Shown here: positions 17,601 to 26,419 of the stretch, piece after piece | Numbering within the stretch: the stretch's first letter is position 1 | Layout of the letters: the number at the start of each line of letters is the position of its first letter | Origin: a virus | Lineage: Duplodnaviria; Caudoviricetes | IMG/VR virus record: IMGVR_UViG_3300032219_002607 | Span: 1-35,958 of that record | Direction: 5' to 3' (one strand) | Length of the DNA: 35,958 bases | Notes under the pieces: model-generated | Told to the model about the DNA's origin: nothing | The model's input: only the letters and a program-made list of their open reading frames with translations | The model's database searches: none | Made by a program: the position numbers and the translations under genes

Positions 17601-19858
17601 TCGCCAGTAGTACTATAAATAGACCTTGCGATATATTTGCGCTCGTTCCAATCGTTTGCATTTGCGCTCAGTTCTCCGGTTTCTTGGTCTGCGAATTCAT
17701 AGATAGTTTCCGTCAGCGTAAAAGCTGAGCCATCCCCAGGCAGAACACCAATTGAGACTTGTTGAGGCTCTAGATCGTCAGTCGTAAAAAGCCGGTCGGG
17801 TGACTGCGGCGTAGTTATCAGTGCTCGTTGTTCTATTTCAAAAGCTCTTCGGTATTCGGCTACATTTCCGACTTCTGGATTGTTTGCGGTTGATGTTTGA
17901 AACAAAGGGTAACAGTCAACTCTTTGGTTTCTTGGGTCTAAAAATGCGTAAGGCCCCATCAGGGGACATCTGAAATACTCATCACCGTTCTTTAACTTAA
18001 ACTTTGTGGAGTCAATAATTTCTACGACATGAGTATTTATTGGGGAGCTGAACAACAGGTCAGCGTCTGTGGGGGATTCAAGAAGTGATAATACGTCACC
18101 GTTTTGAAGACCGTGGGGTGTTGAACTCTCGCCAAATACGCCGAGATTTGATTGAAAAACAACATCTCGGTTCGAATAAAAATACCGCTGAGTGTAAAGA
18201 CCAGGGTACTCTGGTGGAGTAAGTGACGAGTAAGTGTCTCCGTTTCGAGTTACCCCAGAATAGACTAAGCTAAGACCATCATTGGGTAGAGCCCCCGAAC
18301 TAATGCTTTTGGCGACAGGCGCTGGGGAATACGTTAAGCCATGAATGTACCGATTTTGGACAGTATACTGGATAAAATCTTCTACCCCATAATAGACCTC
18401 ACTCGATGTGCTGCCCGGCAAAATAGTATAAGGTAACTTAACCTCGCCGCCAGAGTAAGTAACACTAGTCCCAACGTCCACAAAAGAGGCCCAAGAGATT
18501 ACGGCCTCCCATCGCCCTGGGAGAATTGGCGGTGTCTCAGAGAGATTGTCGTAGGTGATGGGGTCGGAAACGACATCTGAGTTCTCAAAGGTCGCGTTTT
18601 CAGGGTCAAGATAATAAGGCGAACCAGCATATCTGACAACAAGTGCTGGTTGGGTTGTTAAAACTGGGGCAGTTTGTGCCTGGTTTTGTCGGTAAAAGTT
18701 TGTTGAGACAGAAAAAGTTGCGGCTTCTGACGGAGTAACCATGTTCAACCATTGGCAAACCGGTACTATCGTAGCTGCTGCATTCGTGCTCGCAGGGATT
18801 GGAACGACAATTGTTTCAAACCCACTGTTGACAGATGTGCTTTGAATAGTAACTGTTCCGGTCCTATTCGTGCTGATAACGTTTTGGTCAAGTATGACAT
18901 CTATATACCAGGAAGCCGCCCTGCTGCCCTGAATTCCAACATTATGGTGGAGGCTATAAAAGCCACTAGAAATAGAAACTACGCCCCCGACTGCGGGCGG
19001 TATCCGTCTCATTCTAATTTTAAAACCGTGAGAAGCAGTCAATGTACAATTATCGCCTGAGGCAGACGCAATAAGGTCCAAAACAAAGGAACTCGGTTTG
19101 CATTGCTGACCGCTTATTCCAGAAAGACTTGCTACTTTACCCCTTGCGTAAGCTTCCGACCCTTGGTATCCGAAATCGACTGACGCAAATTCAACTGGGG
19201 ATAAGCCGGGCAGAGTATAACTAAGTTTACATATTTCGTGCGAATTGGAGGGCTTGTTTCGGTTGGCTCGTACCTGCAAGAGAATAGTGTCCAAAGCGGC
19301 AGTGCGGTGCAACTCGACTTGCTGCGACCACACCTGGGTGCCGGGCCCGAAAAGTGGAAAGGCTACTTGAAAACCTGTGGGTACACTTATAACTAGTTGA
19401 TTTTGTGACGTAGTAACAAGGTCAAGGTTCTTTGCTTTGACAGAAACACTACCTATTGCGTACTCAGTTCCGCTAGTGTTTCTCGTGCTTAAGACTTTCT
19501 CAGTGCTTGTAGCAGCGTCTACTTTTAAAGACAGTGTTGCGTCTACGGTAATCGAATATGGAATCAAAGTTCCGCCAACGTTAATACCTCCACTTGCAAC
19601 AGACTCATTGAGGTCAGCTACGGCACGCACATAAACCCGAGTAAGCTCTACAATATCGTTAGTTGAAAGAGAAATCGGAGCCCAGGAATTACCGTCAAGT
19701 GAGTACTCGAGTGGACCAGAAGAGCCTAAAGAAACATCCGCACCAATCGAGGCGCCTTCGGAAGTTATAAAGAAAGAAGCTTGGTTTGAAGGTTGACCAG
19801 AGCCTCGCTCTACATAAAAGTCAAATTTAGGTGTGTTGAAAACTCGAAGATTACTCAT
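14639..19858 (-). CDS. Giant YDG/MBG-repeat tail appendage protein (1739 aa)
   Basis: Recurrent (S/R/E)Kx(Y/F)(D/N)G...NY motifs (SRKYDGT, RKTYNGR, SKEYNGS, EKVYDGS, SKVFDGN); TPHGLQNGD beta-barrel motif; ATGA overlap with the nozzle gene. Confidence 0.75.
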   Translation of the reverse strand: MSNLRVFNTPKFDFYVERGSGQPSNQASFFITSEGASIGADVSLGSSGPLEYSLDGNSWAPISLSTNDIVELTRVYVRAVADLNESVASGGINVGGTLIPYSITVDATLSLKVDAATSTEKVLSTRNTSGTEYAIGSVSVKAKNLDLVTTSQNQLVISVPTGFQVAFPLFGPGTQVWSQQVELHRTAALDTILLQVRANRNKPSNSHEICKLSYTLPGLSPVEFASVDFGYQGSEAYARGKVASLSGISGQQCKPSSFVLDLIASASGDNCTLTASHGFKIRMRRIPPAVGGVVSISSGFYSLHHNVGIQGSRAASWYIDVILDQNVISTNRTGTVTIQSTSVNSGFETIVVPIPASTNAAATIVPVCQWLNMVTPSEAATFSVSTNFYRQNQAQTAPVLTTQPALVVRYAGSPYYLDPENATFENSDVVSDPITYDNLSETPPILPGRWEAVISWASFVDVGTSVTYSGGEVKLPYTILPGSTSSEVYYGVEDFIQYTVQNRYIHGLTYSPAPVAKSISSGALPNDGLSLVYSGVTRNGDTYSSLTPPEYPGLYTQRYFYSNRDVVFQSNLGVFGESSTPHGLQNGDVLSLLESPTDADLLFSSPINTHVVEIIDSTKFKLKNGDEYFRCPLMGPYAFLDPRNQRVDCYPLFQTSTANNPEVGNVAEYRRAFEIEQRALITTPQSPDRLFTTDDLEPQQVSIGVLPGDGSAFTLTETIYEFADQETGELSANANDWNERKYIARSIYSTTGDSSVINKYNIPLGETYEGAQIFRKQYYVSWANDPVSKTYDKSDWQDLDKEDYSITIFGGENPEDYGLTYEVSLTAFPRKGSTGNDEPSVDVGDYIGYYEISTSGQNQDNLVLYPFVGQLSELTIAPKMLTTPELIFSRKYDGTTKIPVARSDSILNDVISGDDVYINYVEALALDAMLLPIGGVILAGVHSKNYAISIENVYSDIVRRDLAVNLSARKTYNGRSNATIPLTVTYSGTVDPLQNEPVCFSITSPAYNSGDAGTAKTSSDVLQFLGLNPENYTFNFNYNNTSSTFQGSGTSVYGENPVVGTIDPAVLLIDPQSLAGSKEYNGSVDASDSVSFSFLNAQGDDELDETDIRFTAILNNANRGLRSFSLVVTGMSSSSTYSGNYVISGTFSGACTVTPKPVTAALARTWLLFSGRVAASGPITHTYNKANPSIVFNIPENPTSTTLYETSVVRLVSENEFAAVPEYSNVGQYRIRLSFTGWSNQNSFSNYKPDPEENAEYVEIPFAVLKAKIIVHTASVTDTTYLAFEWDDPQIAFDTSGVLPGDSHGVTATGTYIPNNGVYVPQSRVNLLFSTTNENYEIDTVNSTPFVSGKVFPAEVSVSSNLSLNSNEKVYDGSRQAALTFSGVTAGQPPALAGVATADQAFVSISAQSLTETFYASSNAGIRTISCFYQLTGARSANYSLGVTVYPGTILPKPISFEGMYGVSKVFDGNEVSSLSPDNFSYTGLVAQDVAEYAGTPIGNLSAYYTDFEAGPDKEVRLVGLQPPTPNYVLQDSEQGWFALPEYNSTPYEIFKRPFILKAKGVSKYFGEILVTPLANLAETEFEVTGLVEENFLNPIDPATGKHFGDKLLKATRVVNEGAARDDSTGIYVGVVYASNPVLERGNLNNYDLLTGAENSIYRSPLVIIDASFKELTLSIKEAIWAKECTPFGCREPSWFDIITSPNRKIAIVDFVNASPLFDTGDYVKIEQSVAEAEVLVTE

Positions 19859-22338
19859 GGGCAGTCACTCCCTACTTGTTCGATTAACGGGTAAGAATAC
19901 GCCAAGAACTTATTAATCTTAACGTAGCCTTCCCACTTAATCCTAAATTGGAACTCATGTCCGTTCCTAAACGGTCTCTTTGTGATGGGGTCACAGGCTT
20001 TAGGGTCGGGCGGGTCGAGGGGTGCCGGAAGTCTGATTTGAGTTCTAAATTGAGGCTGCAGGTCAACAGGCAAAAGATCTGGGTTTGTCGCAGAGCCTTC
20101 AGAGCCAGACTCGTCATTCACTGGGTAAATTGTAAGCTTTGGGTATTCTGCATTTGTATAGATTTGGTATACGTAAGCGGACCAAGCTGTGCCGCCACCA
20201 GTCCGCGCAATCGAACCTCCTTCAGAAAAATCAAAACCAATATTTTCGAGGGCTTGTTTTAGGGTTAGTTCGTTTTCTTCCCCGGGGTCTGAATCGGGAG
20301 CCCCGTATTTAAGAACTTGGCTTACCTTGTTATAGGCCTGCCCTTCTGCCCATGGCCCGTACCCAAGCCGAAAGAATTTGATTGCTGTAGGGGGCATAGA
20401 GACAATTTGCAGGTGGCGTGTTTCGGGGGCTGCTGGCGGAAATTTTTCAATGTCAATTCCAGCGTTTATACAGCTTTTATTATCCGCGCATTCGAGAAAT
20501 CCGTGCCAATCGACCCAGCATGGGTATTGATCCGGGCGGTAAGAGAACTGCATAGTACACCTGCCATCAAGTTCTTGTAGCCATAAGTCGGCTTTAGATA
20601 GTTTTTTTAACTCAAAACCTGATCTAAACGGAAAAGCTTTTGTCTCAATAACTGAAATGATGCTCGCGTTTTCTCCGGAACTATAATAGTCATGCTTAAG
20701 ATCAGTGGTTACTTCCCACAGAGTAGTTTCGCCAACTTGTTCGTCGGGTCTGATTTCCCTTTTAAAGATTATACATTTTGCATCTGAAACGGAACCGGTG
20801 GATATGATCTGCAAGATATCTCCGTTAAACCAGAGACCCTCCCAAACGGGGCTGCGCTGAGTTCCAGTATTAGTAACCGAAGCGAAATCGTAAACAGCGA
20901 GCCCCTGGAAAGTGACTGGCTTAGTTGCTGTGGTATTGCGAATACCTTCAAGGCCACGCAGATCCTGCCTGGGGGCGCAGGTTACAAGCAGTCGGTTATC
21001 AAAGTAAGCCGAGCTAACCCGATTGAGATAAAGAGGAGAATCTTTTTCAATAATGGTTCGAATGTCGTTTGAGTCTGGGACATACCCCATTAGTGTATTT
21101 TCCCTGCGGGCGTTTGCATAGGAACGTATACCGTCATAACTCCTCCAAAATATGTTTGAGTTTACGCTGACTAAGGATTTACCAGATGTACAACCAATAT
21201 CGTTAAACAGAACTTTTTGGAAACCCGATGTTTTTTTCCAGTTATCTCGTAAAACCGACACAGCAAAACTGGCGGCTCCCTTCTCACAGAAAACAAGTAG
21301 ATCCCCCTGCCCTGAAGTGGTGTCACCTATGGCTTGGAAGGCCAAGCCGGTTATCTTACCGAACGAGGCTGGCAGTTTAAAACTACCACCCTCATTCAGA
21401 AAGTTGATTTCAGTGAACCGCAGAAGATCCGTGTCTTTGCCAGAAGAGATTTTTTTGACATTCCCCCCATACCCCGCCCCTAGGATCTCTTTCGGTATTG
21501 TAAAGGACGTGCTGTTAAGCACGGTAATGACGTAACCAACAAGCGGATTATTAATCTCGGGGTCGGCGCTATGACCGGTTATATAAACAGTATCGCCAGT
21601 GCGAAAACCATGTGGGCTTGATGTTGTAATTTTTGCAGCGTGGTCGGACTCGCCAGCCTCGGACTTAACAATTGTAAGCTGATCGGTCGACCCTCCGTAA
21701 ACAAAATCACCTCCAGAAACTTGATAACCATCGGAGAGAGCAACATATAAGCGACCATGGTTATATGCCATCTGCCTACCTTTAGGGATGCTGGCAATAA
21801 ATCCCGGAGTGCCGGCAGGCCCAATCCCGCTTTGGTATAACGACTCCCCATCGTAAATAAGTGGCAAATCAATCCCGTTTTGAATGATCATGAAGCGCTC
21901 TGCCTGGCAAAAGTGCGCTTCGGCTAGTTCATTATTCTTAAAAGAATAGTCGGCAAAACCCGAGGCCATAACTGGGAAAAGCCTGTCAACTCTGTACGTG
22001 CCTGCAGTAAGTAGCCTACCCCCACCAGAGTTAAGAAAGACGACAAGAATGTGGCCACCACAGCTCATTATAACTCGGTCATGTTTTCCAGAGGTCGGAT
22101 TGAAATAGAATTGGGCACCTTGGTGCTCTTCGTTGATGTAAGAGAGGCCATCGTTTAAGCCAGTGCTTAAGGGGATCTCCTTAAAACCAGGCCTAGTAGA
22201 AACCTTCCCACCTCTAAACGTGACATTCAGGCCAAGGGAACAAGCGGATGCCGGAAGGGCGCTTGCCGGAAGAGCACTGTTCATCCCGCTGACAAGATCC
22301 ATAAACCCGTCGCTTTGAACTTGAGGATCGTTAATCAC
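19855..22338 (-). CDS. Tail nozzle / stabilisation protein (tail tubular protein B, P22 gp10-like)
   Basis: 827 aa with a beta-propeller-like pattern; N-terminal GMNS..P..LP....LNV.FRGG.V.TRPG; inserted PHGFRTGDTVYITG domain. Confidence 0.8.
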   Translation of the reverse strand: MINDPQVQSDGFMDLVSGMNSALPASALPASACSLGLNVTFRGGKVSTRPGFKEIPLSTGLNDGLSYINEEHQGAQFYFNPTSGKHDRVIMSCGGHILVVFLNSGGGRLLTAGTYRVDRLFPVMASGFADYSFKNNELAEAHFCQAERFMIIQNGIDLPLIYDGESLYQSGIGPAGTPGFIASIPKGRQMAYNHGRLYVALSDGYQVSGGDFVYGGSTDQLTIVKSEAGESDHAAKITTSSPHGFRTGDTVYITGHSADPEINNPLVGYVITVLNSTSFTIPKEILGAGYGGNVKKISSGKDTDLLRFTEINFLNEGGSFKLPASFGKITGLAFQAIGDTTSGQGDLLVFCEKGAASFAVSVLRDNWKKTSGFQKVLFNDIGCTSGKSLVSVNSNIFWRSYDGIRSYANARRENTLMGYVPDSNDIRTIIEKDSPLYLNRVSSAYFDNRLLVTCAPRQDLRGLEGIRNTTATKPVTFQGLAVYDFASVTNTGTQRSPVWEGLWFNGDILQIISTGSVSDAKCIIFKREIRPDEQVGETTLWEVTTDLKHDYYSSGENASIISVIETKAFPFRSGFELKKLSKADLWLQELDGRCTMQFSYRPDQYPCWVDWHGFLECADNKSCINAGIDIEKFPPAAPETRHLQIVSMPPTAIKFFRLGYGPWAEGQAYNKVSQVLKYGAPDSDPGEENELTLKQALENIGFDFSEGGSIARTGGGTAWSAYVYQIYTNAEYPKLTIYPVNDESGSEGSATNPDLLPVDLQPQFRTQIRLPAPLDPPDPKACDPITKRPFRNGHEFQFRIKWEGYVKINKFLAYSYPLIEQVGSDCP

Positions 22339-22347
22339 AAAATGATT

Positions 22348-22779
22348 TTACCCCTTCTTGAAATTTCGCAAGACAGCCCAGTTATCTCTCCAGGATGAAT
22401 TGGGGGAAAAGTAGATAGATTTAGTTTTTGGAAGTTTGCTGCTGGGCACGGCAAAAACAGCGTCTTGCGGGATATGGTAAAATATAAACGCATCGCATAC
22501 GTTTCGTTTGTATCTCATCTTTTCTTTATTGATTTTTAAGTAAGCGCCATATCCGTACCCTGCGCCACGGACAGCTAGAAACTTTAGCTTATTTCGAGCA
22601 TTTGAATCCGAAGCACCCATCGTGCTTTTAACCTGAACCCTGCACAACGTTCCCTTCCAATCAGTAATTAGATCGTACCCATCATCAATTACAGGAGTGC
22701 TGACAAGGAAGCCTTGCTCAAGCAGCTTTGCGGCTACCTTCTGAACGCCGATTGCGCCAATTCGAAGGCTCACAGCCAC
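22348..22779 (-). CDS. PD-(D/E)XK endonuclease (free-standing homing-type)
   Basis: GAIG..VAAKLLEQGF.VS.P.....YDLI......RVQVKS; alternative GTG start at 22773 overlaps the lysin stop. Confidence 0.75.
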   Translation of the reverse strand: MAVSLRIGAIGVQKVAAKLLEQGFLVSTPVIDDGYDLITDWKGTLCRVQVKSTMGASDSNARNKLKFLAVRGAGYGYGAYLKINKEKMRYKRNVCDAFIFYHIPQDAVFAVPSSKLPKTKSIYFSPNSSWRDNWAVLRNFKKG

Positions 22780-23300
22780 CCCCTACCGAGGACATTTGTG
22801 GACAATCTTCTCCTTCTGTAGACCCCATCACCATCTCGACTCCCACCACCATTAGTATTGCCCTCAATCGTCACTAGCCAATCCCCTTCGCTTTTTTCCA
22901 CAAGGCCAACGTGCGCCACCCGACCCATCGAGTTGAACCAGATACCGAAGACGTCGGCAGGTTTGAGTGGTGTTCCCTTCCTCTGTCTATCCCAGGTAGG
23001 TTTCTTGAGAAATGTCGGGCTCCAAGCCGACCTAGGGTAGGGATTGAGTAGCGTTGCCCCAAAAGCTTTGTCGCCCACCCATACGATGAATGCGGCGCAC
23101 CACGGCGCTTTAGTGCCTTCAAGGTTTACGGATGCGAGGATTTCGTCCACCAAGGGCCCGTCGTTCTGTCCCGACAGTTCCCGAATTCCGATACTTTTAC
23201 GGGCTTGTTCAACGACGAGAACCCTCTGCGCCTCAATTCTTGGGCTAGCCAGAGAGTCGGAAAGAAACGCAAGAGAAAGCGCAACATAGATTATTTGCAT
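22770..23300 (-). CDS. Endolysin, CHAP-like cysteine peptidase with N-terminal signal peptide
   Basis: PWCAAF, AHVGLV and TIEGNT catalytic motifs; hydrophobic N-terminus ending SLA-S. Confidence 0.85.
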   Translation of the reverse strand: MQIIYVALSLAFLSDSLASPRIEAQRVLVVEQARKSIGIRELSGQNDGPLVDEILASVNLEGTKAPWCAAFIVWVGDKAFGATLLNPYPRSAWSPTFLKKPTWDRQRKGTPLKPADVFGIWFNSMGRVAHVGLVEKSEGDWLVTIEGNTNGGGSRDGDGVYRRRRLSTNVLGRGWL

Positions 23301-23632
23301 GAAATAATTGCTGCGATCAAAAGGACCCCAAAAATAAACGAAAAAATCGTCAGTCTTGTTTTTGGGCAGGCTTCTTTCCAGTCGTCCTTAAGCACTCCTC
23401 TGTCGACGTAGCGATCAAGAATCTTCCAGTCCATCTGTAACACAGACCAACTCAAGAACGTGCAGAAGAGAAATCGCACAGCCCCAAATGCGAGGACATG
23501 GAGACTACCTAAGTCAACGACACCGGCGGTCGTGTCAAAACCTTGAAGAATTGGCCCTAAGAAAAAGAAAATGATGATAGCGACACTTAAAGCCATTAGC
23601 CCCTGAAAGTTGCTTCGAAGCCAATGGATCAC
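23291..23632 (-). CDS. Holin-like membrane protein (about 3 TM segments)
   Basis: Three hydrophobic stretches; overlaps the lysin start. Confidence 0.65.
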   Translation of the reverse strand: MIHWLRSNFQGLMALSVAIIIFFFLGPILQGFDTTAGVVDLGSLHVLAFGAVRFLFCTFLSWSVLQMDWKILDRYVDRGVLKDDWKEACPKTRLTIFSFIFGVLLIAAIISCK

Positions 23633-24060
23633 CAGGGTATCCCCACAAATTTGCGAACCACAAACATAACTCCGCTAAACAGGAACCCACGGAATACCCA
23701 AAGCAGCAAAGCAATTATTGCTCCTCGGTAGACCCAAAGCTCTTTTAAAGCTTTCCTCTGTTTCTCCTTCCAAACGCCTGCATCTTTGACCGCTTCATTC
23801 TTTTCTTTGACCGCCTGCTCCAGAGCTTCGGTGTTGGCGTAGCAAGCCTCTTTAGCGGCCTTTAACTGCGATTTGGCGGCCTCTATATGCTGTTTTGCCT
23901 CGGGATTGGCTACGGCTGAAGCTGCGTCGAGCCTAGCCTCGGCAGTTGAGAAGTTTGGGTAACCTTTGCTAGAAACCGTGGTACAACCCGCAAGAACGAA
24001 ACAAGCCAGGATCGTTAAGGCGCCCATGGCTAATTTTGACATACTTTTGTCTAGACGCAA
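23629..24060 (-). CDS. Probable unimolecular spanin
   Basis: Lipobox VLAG-C, helical middle, C-terminal TM segment GAIIALLLWVF; likely start at MSKLAM. Confidence 0.65.
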   Translation of the reverse strand: MRLDKSMSKLAMGALTILACFVLAGCTTVSSKGYPNFSTAEARLDAASAVANPEAKQHIEAAKSQLKAAKEACYANTEALEQAVKEKNEAVKDAGVWKEKQRKALKELWVYRGAIIALLLWVFRGFLFSGVMFVVRKFVGIPW

Positions 24061-24066
24061 CCGGAG

Positions 24067-24297
24067 TTATTTTGCTCCAATTTTATCCCATATCCACGTA
24101 ACAACGGCAGAAGCGACGAAACCAATTGCACCAGCCCACCCAAAAGCCACATTCATGTTTTTCTCGACATGCCGAATTCTGCTATCGTGGCCAGAAAGAT
24201 GATCGTCATGCCGCTTCAACAAGTCGGCGATACCATCGAGCTTTCCGTTAATTGCGGCTAACTCTACGAGTATTTCGTTTATGTCTTTGCGTGGCAT
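24067..24297 (-). CDS. XhlA-like coiled-coil plus C-terminal TM protein (lysis accessory)
   Basis: HDSRIRHVEK followed by AFGWAGAIGFVASAVVTWIW. Confidence 0.6.
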   Translation of the reverse strand: MPRKDINEILVELAAINGKLDGIADLLKRHDDHLSGHDSRIRHVEKNMNVAFGWAGAIGFVASAVVTWIWDKIGAK

Positions 24298-24565
24298 AAA
24301 TTTTATCCAACTTTTTAAGCTTTGCGTTAAGTCGATCTCTTACGGCCTCTGGGTTCAGCCGAAAGCCGCATATCCTGAACAAATCCTCGGTCATACCGAT
24401 GAACTCACGAAAATGTTCTGGAGTGAAAGCCCAGTCAGGCTTTCGCTTTGCCTTGCAAGGTGATATCGCAAGATCCAGGTCAGCAATTGCCTGTTCAGCA
24501 ATTGCAGCTGTTAGATCAAGCCATCCCCTCACCTGGCGGCAATCCTTCCTCCACCGCGTCTTCAA
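24248..24565 (-). CDS. Hypothetical phage protein (start uncertain, possibly GTG 24532)
   Basis: LTAAIAEQAIADL...F..C....NPE.VR pattern seen in small phage proteins; overlaps both neighbours. Confidence 0.5.
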   Translation of the reverse strand: MKTRWRKDCRQVRGWLDLTAAIAEQAIADLDLAISPCKAKRKPDWAFTPEHFREFIGMTEDLFRICGFRLNPEAVRDRLNAKLKKLDKIYATQRHKRNTRRVSRN

Positions 24566-24833
24566 ACGTCGATGGTTTCATTTTCGGAGTCGGGACTTCT
24601 TCCAGATGAACTTCGTGACCTTCAACTGCCTCAAGAATTAATTTCCCTCTTCGGTATTGAATCCGACAGACAGCCTCAAAAGACTCGCCTGGCTCAACGC
24701 TTTCGGGCGGAATAAAACCGGAGGGAATCGGAAAAACAACAAGATCCTTTGCCACGGGTTTATCGGTGGCTCCAAGATCTTTTGCAGTTTCCCTCGATTG
24801 GGGGACAACAGGATTTAAGCTCGGCTCGACCAT
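24516..24833 (-). CDS. Hypothetical protein
   Basis: 105 aa ATG ORF just downstream of the terminator. Confidence 0.55.
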   Translation of the reverse strand: MVEPSLNPVVPQSRETAKDLGATDKPVAKDLVVFPIPSGFIPPESVEPGESFEAVCRIQYRRGKLILEAVEGHEVHLEEVPTPKMKPSTFEDAVEEGLPPGEGMA

Positions 24834-24845
24834 GTTCGTTTAAGC

Positions 24846-24886
24846 AAAAGAAGGAAACCCCTGGGGGATTGAACCCCAGGGGCTCC
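24846..24886 (-). terminator. Rho-independent terminator after the capsid unit
   Basis: CCCCTGGGG-ttcaatc-CCCCAGGGG followed by TTTCCTTCTTTT on the minus strand. Confidence 0.85.
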
Positions 24887-24895
24887 GTCAGTTAC

Positions 24896-25108
24896 TTAGG
24901 CGTTCAGGTTCCGCAACAGCGCTAGGATGGTGTTTACTTTAGTGGCAATCTGAGCAGCCGTGGCTCCGGACGCAAGAGCGTCCAGATCGGTCACGGTTGC
25001 CAAAGTGCTACTAGAGGTGCCCCACTCCTTGCCGCTATTTAGAACGGCTCGGACTTCGGCAGCCAACACGTTATCCTGTTGCGTCGTTTGTTTTCGGTAG
25101 ATCGGCAT
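24896..25108 (-). CDS. Head fibre/decoration protein
   Basis: ATAAQIATKVNTILALLR motif; directly after the capsid gene in the same transcription unit. Confidence 0.6.
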   Translation of the reverse strand: MPIYRKQTTQQDNVLAAEVRAVLNSGKEWGTSSSTLATVTDLDALASGATAAQIATKVNTILALLRNLNA

Positions 25109-25129
25109 ATTAATACCTTTCTACGTCAA

Positions 25130-26419
25130 TTAGACGATCGCAGGAGCGCTGCGTTTGTGGCGGATGACGTACCCGTGGTTCGGGAAGATAGGCTTGCTTC
25201 CGTTGGCAAAAATGCCGCGGAAGAAACCAACTGTCGAATCAGGGTTGGCCTCACGATCCGGGATGTTCCTCCATGTGAACTCGCCGCGATAATTCTGCGG
25301 CGCGAACTCCATGTCCGAACCACCACTGATGGGCTTCGGCACAAGGCTGGTGAACACCGTCGGGCAGAACACGATAGAATCTTCGTATTCAGCAGTCAGG
25401 TAGTTGGGGTTGAGGTCGTAGCGCACGCCACGAGCGGAGCTGTCCGCAGTGCGGGTGTACGGACGAACCCGTACCCATGCGCTATCAACGTAGTTGTAGC
25501 GAGGGAGGAACGGATCAACCAAGTGGAAGTAGTTCCTGTAGGACCGCTGCACGCCCAAGGGGGCAAGCAACTCATTAACCCGATCGCTCCAGCGGAAGTC
25601 CTGTCGGACATCAGCGTTCGTGCGGATTAGTGCATCGCTAGCTTCCATTGAGGTGATCAGCAAGAACACTGGAGCACCGTTAGCCCGGCTGTATGCTTCT
25701 TCCGCAGCGCCGTCACGCAAAAGCGCGAAGTAGAGGCGGTCGAGCATACCTTGGGTCAACTCAAGGTTGTTGGAGGCGGTGGCTGTGTCGGGAGCTCCGA
25801 AACGGCTAGCAGCTCCGTCATTGGTGGTGTCGGGTTTGTTAATGATGCCAAATGTGAGGTTTTCGCCGGTTGAGGCTGCACGCGTTGTGGCGGTCAGCTT
25901 GTTCTCGGACAGACGAATGTATTCGTCACGATAACGCTCAACCCACACTTCCCGAGTGGACTCGGTCAGGATGGTCATGATGTTCGACAACTGCTCTTTC
26001 CGTTTGAGCGGGAAGCGCAGATCGTTCAACGAGATGTCAGGGCTGTTTAAGCTCGTGTGCGAGAGGTTATAGCTCCGCAAACGTGTGCCAAACTCAACCG
26101 TGCCACCAAGAGGAGCAACAGCGTTAGTCTGTCCACCGCTGCTAGGATGAGTTGCAGTGCCAGTGCCGTCGTTGGCGGTGCCAACAACTGCATTGCTCTG
26201 GAGAGTCTGCCAGTTGGTTTTGAGGTTGCCGCTGGAATCATACGGCAAAGAACGCTCGTAGATCAGGGTTGAAACGGAATCGCCCATTTCGTCGGGCCAA
26301 GCATCTTGCTTGACCAATTTGAGCCAGGGGCTCGTGTCGACAGTCTTGCGATAGATGTCAGGTCCGATACGGCCAGACTCTTTTACAAGGAGCTGCTCGA
26401 CGCTATAAGTAGTAGCCAT
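25130..26419 (-). CDS. Major capsid protein
   Basis: 429 aa after the scaffold; own promoter, GAAAGGA RBS and downstream terminator. Confidence 0.8.
   Translation of the reverse strand: MATTYSVEQLLVKESGRIGPDIYRKTVDTSPWLKLVKQDAWPDEMGDSVSTLIYERSLPYDSSGNLKTNWQTLQSNAVVGTANDGTGTATHPSSGGQTNAVAPLGGTVEFGTRLRSYNLSHTSLNSPDISLNDLRFPLKRKEQLSNIMTILTESTREVWVERYRDEYIRLSENKLTATTRAASTGENLTFGIINKPDTTNDGAASRFGAPDTATASNNLELTQGMLDRLYFALLRDGAAEEAYSRANGAPVFLLITSMEASDALIRTNADVRQDFRWSDRVNELLAPLGVQRSYRNYFHLVDPFLPRYNYVDSAWVRVRPYTRTADSSARGVRYDLNPNYLTAEYEDSIVFCPTVFTSLVPKPISGGSDMEFAPQNYRGEFTWRNIPDREANPDSTVGFFRGIFANGSKPIFPNHGYVIRHKRSAPAIV

Noticed and set aside
4909-19858. Diversity-generating retroelement or invertible tail cassette
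   Set aside because: No reverse transcriptase, invertase or near-identical template/variable repeat pair seen by eye
24858-24882. tRNA T-arm-like GGTTCAATCC as a tRNA fragment or att site
   Set aside because: No cloverleaf; a hairpin plus U-tract after the capsid unit is explained as a terminator
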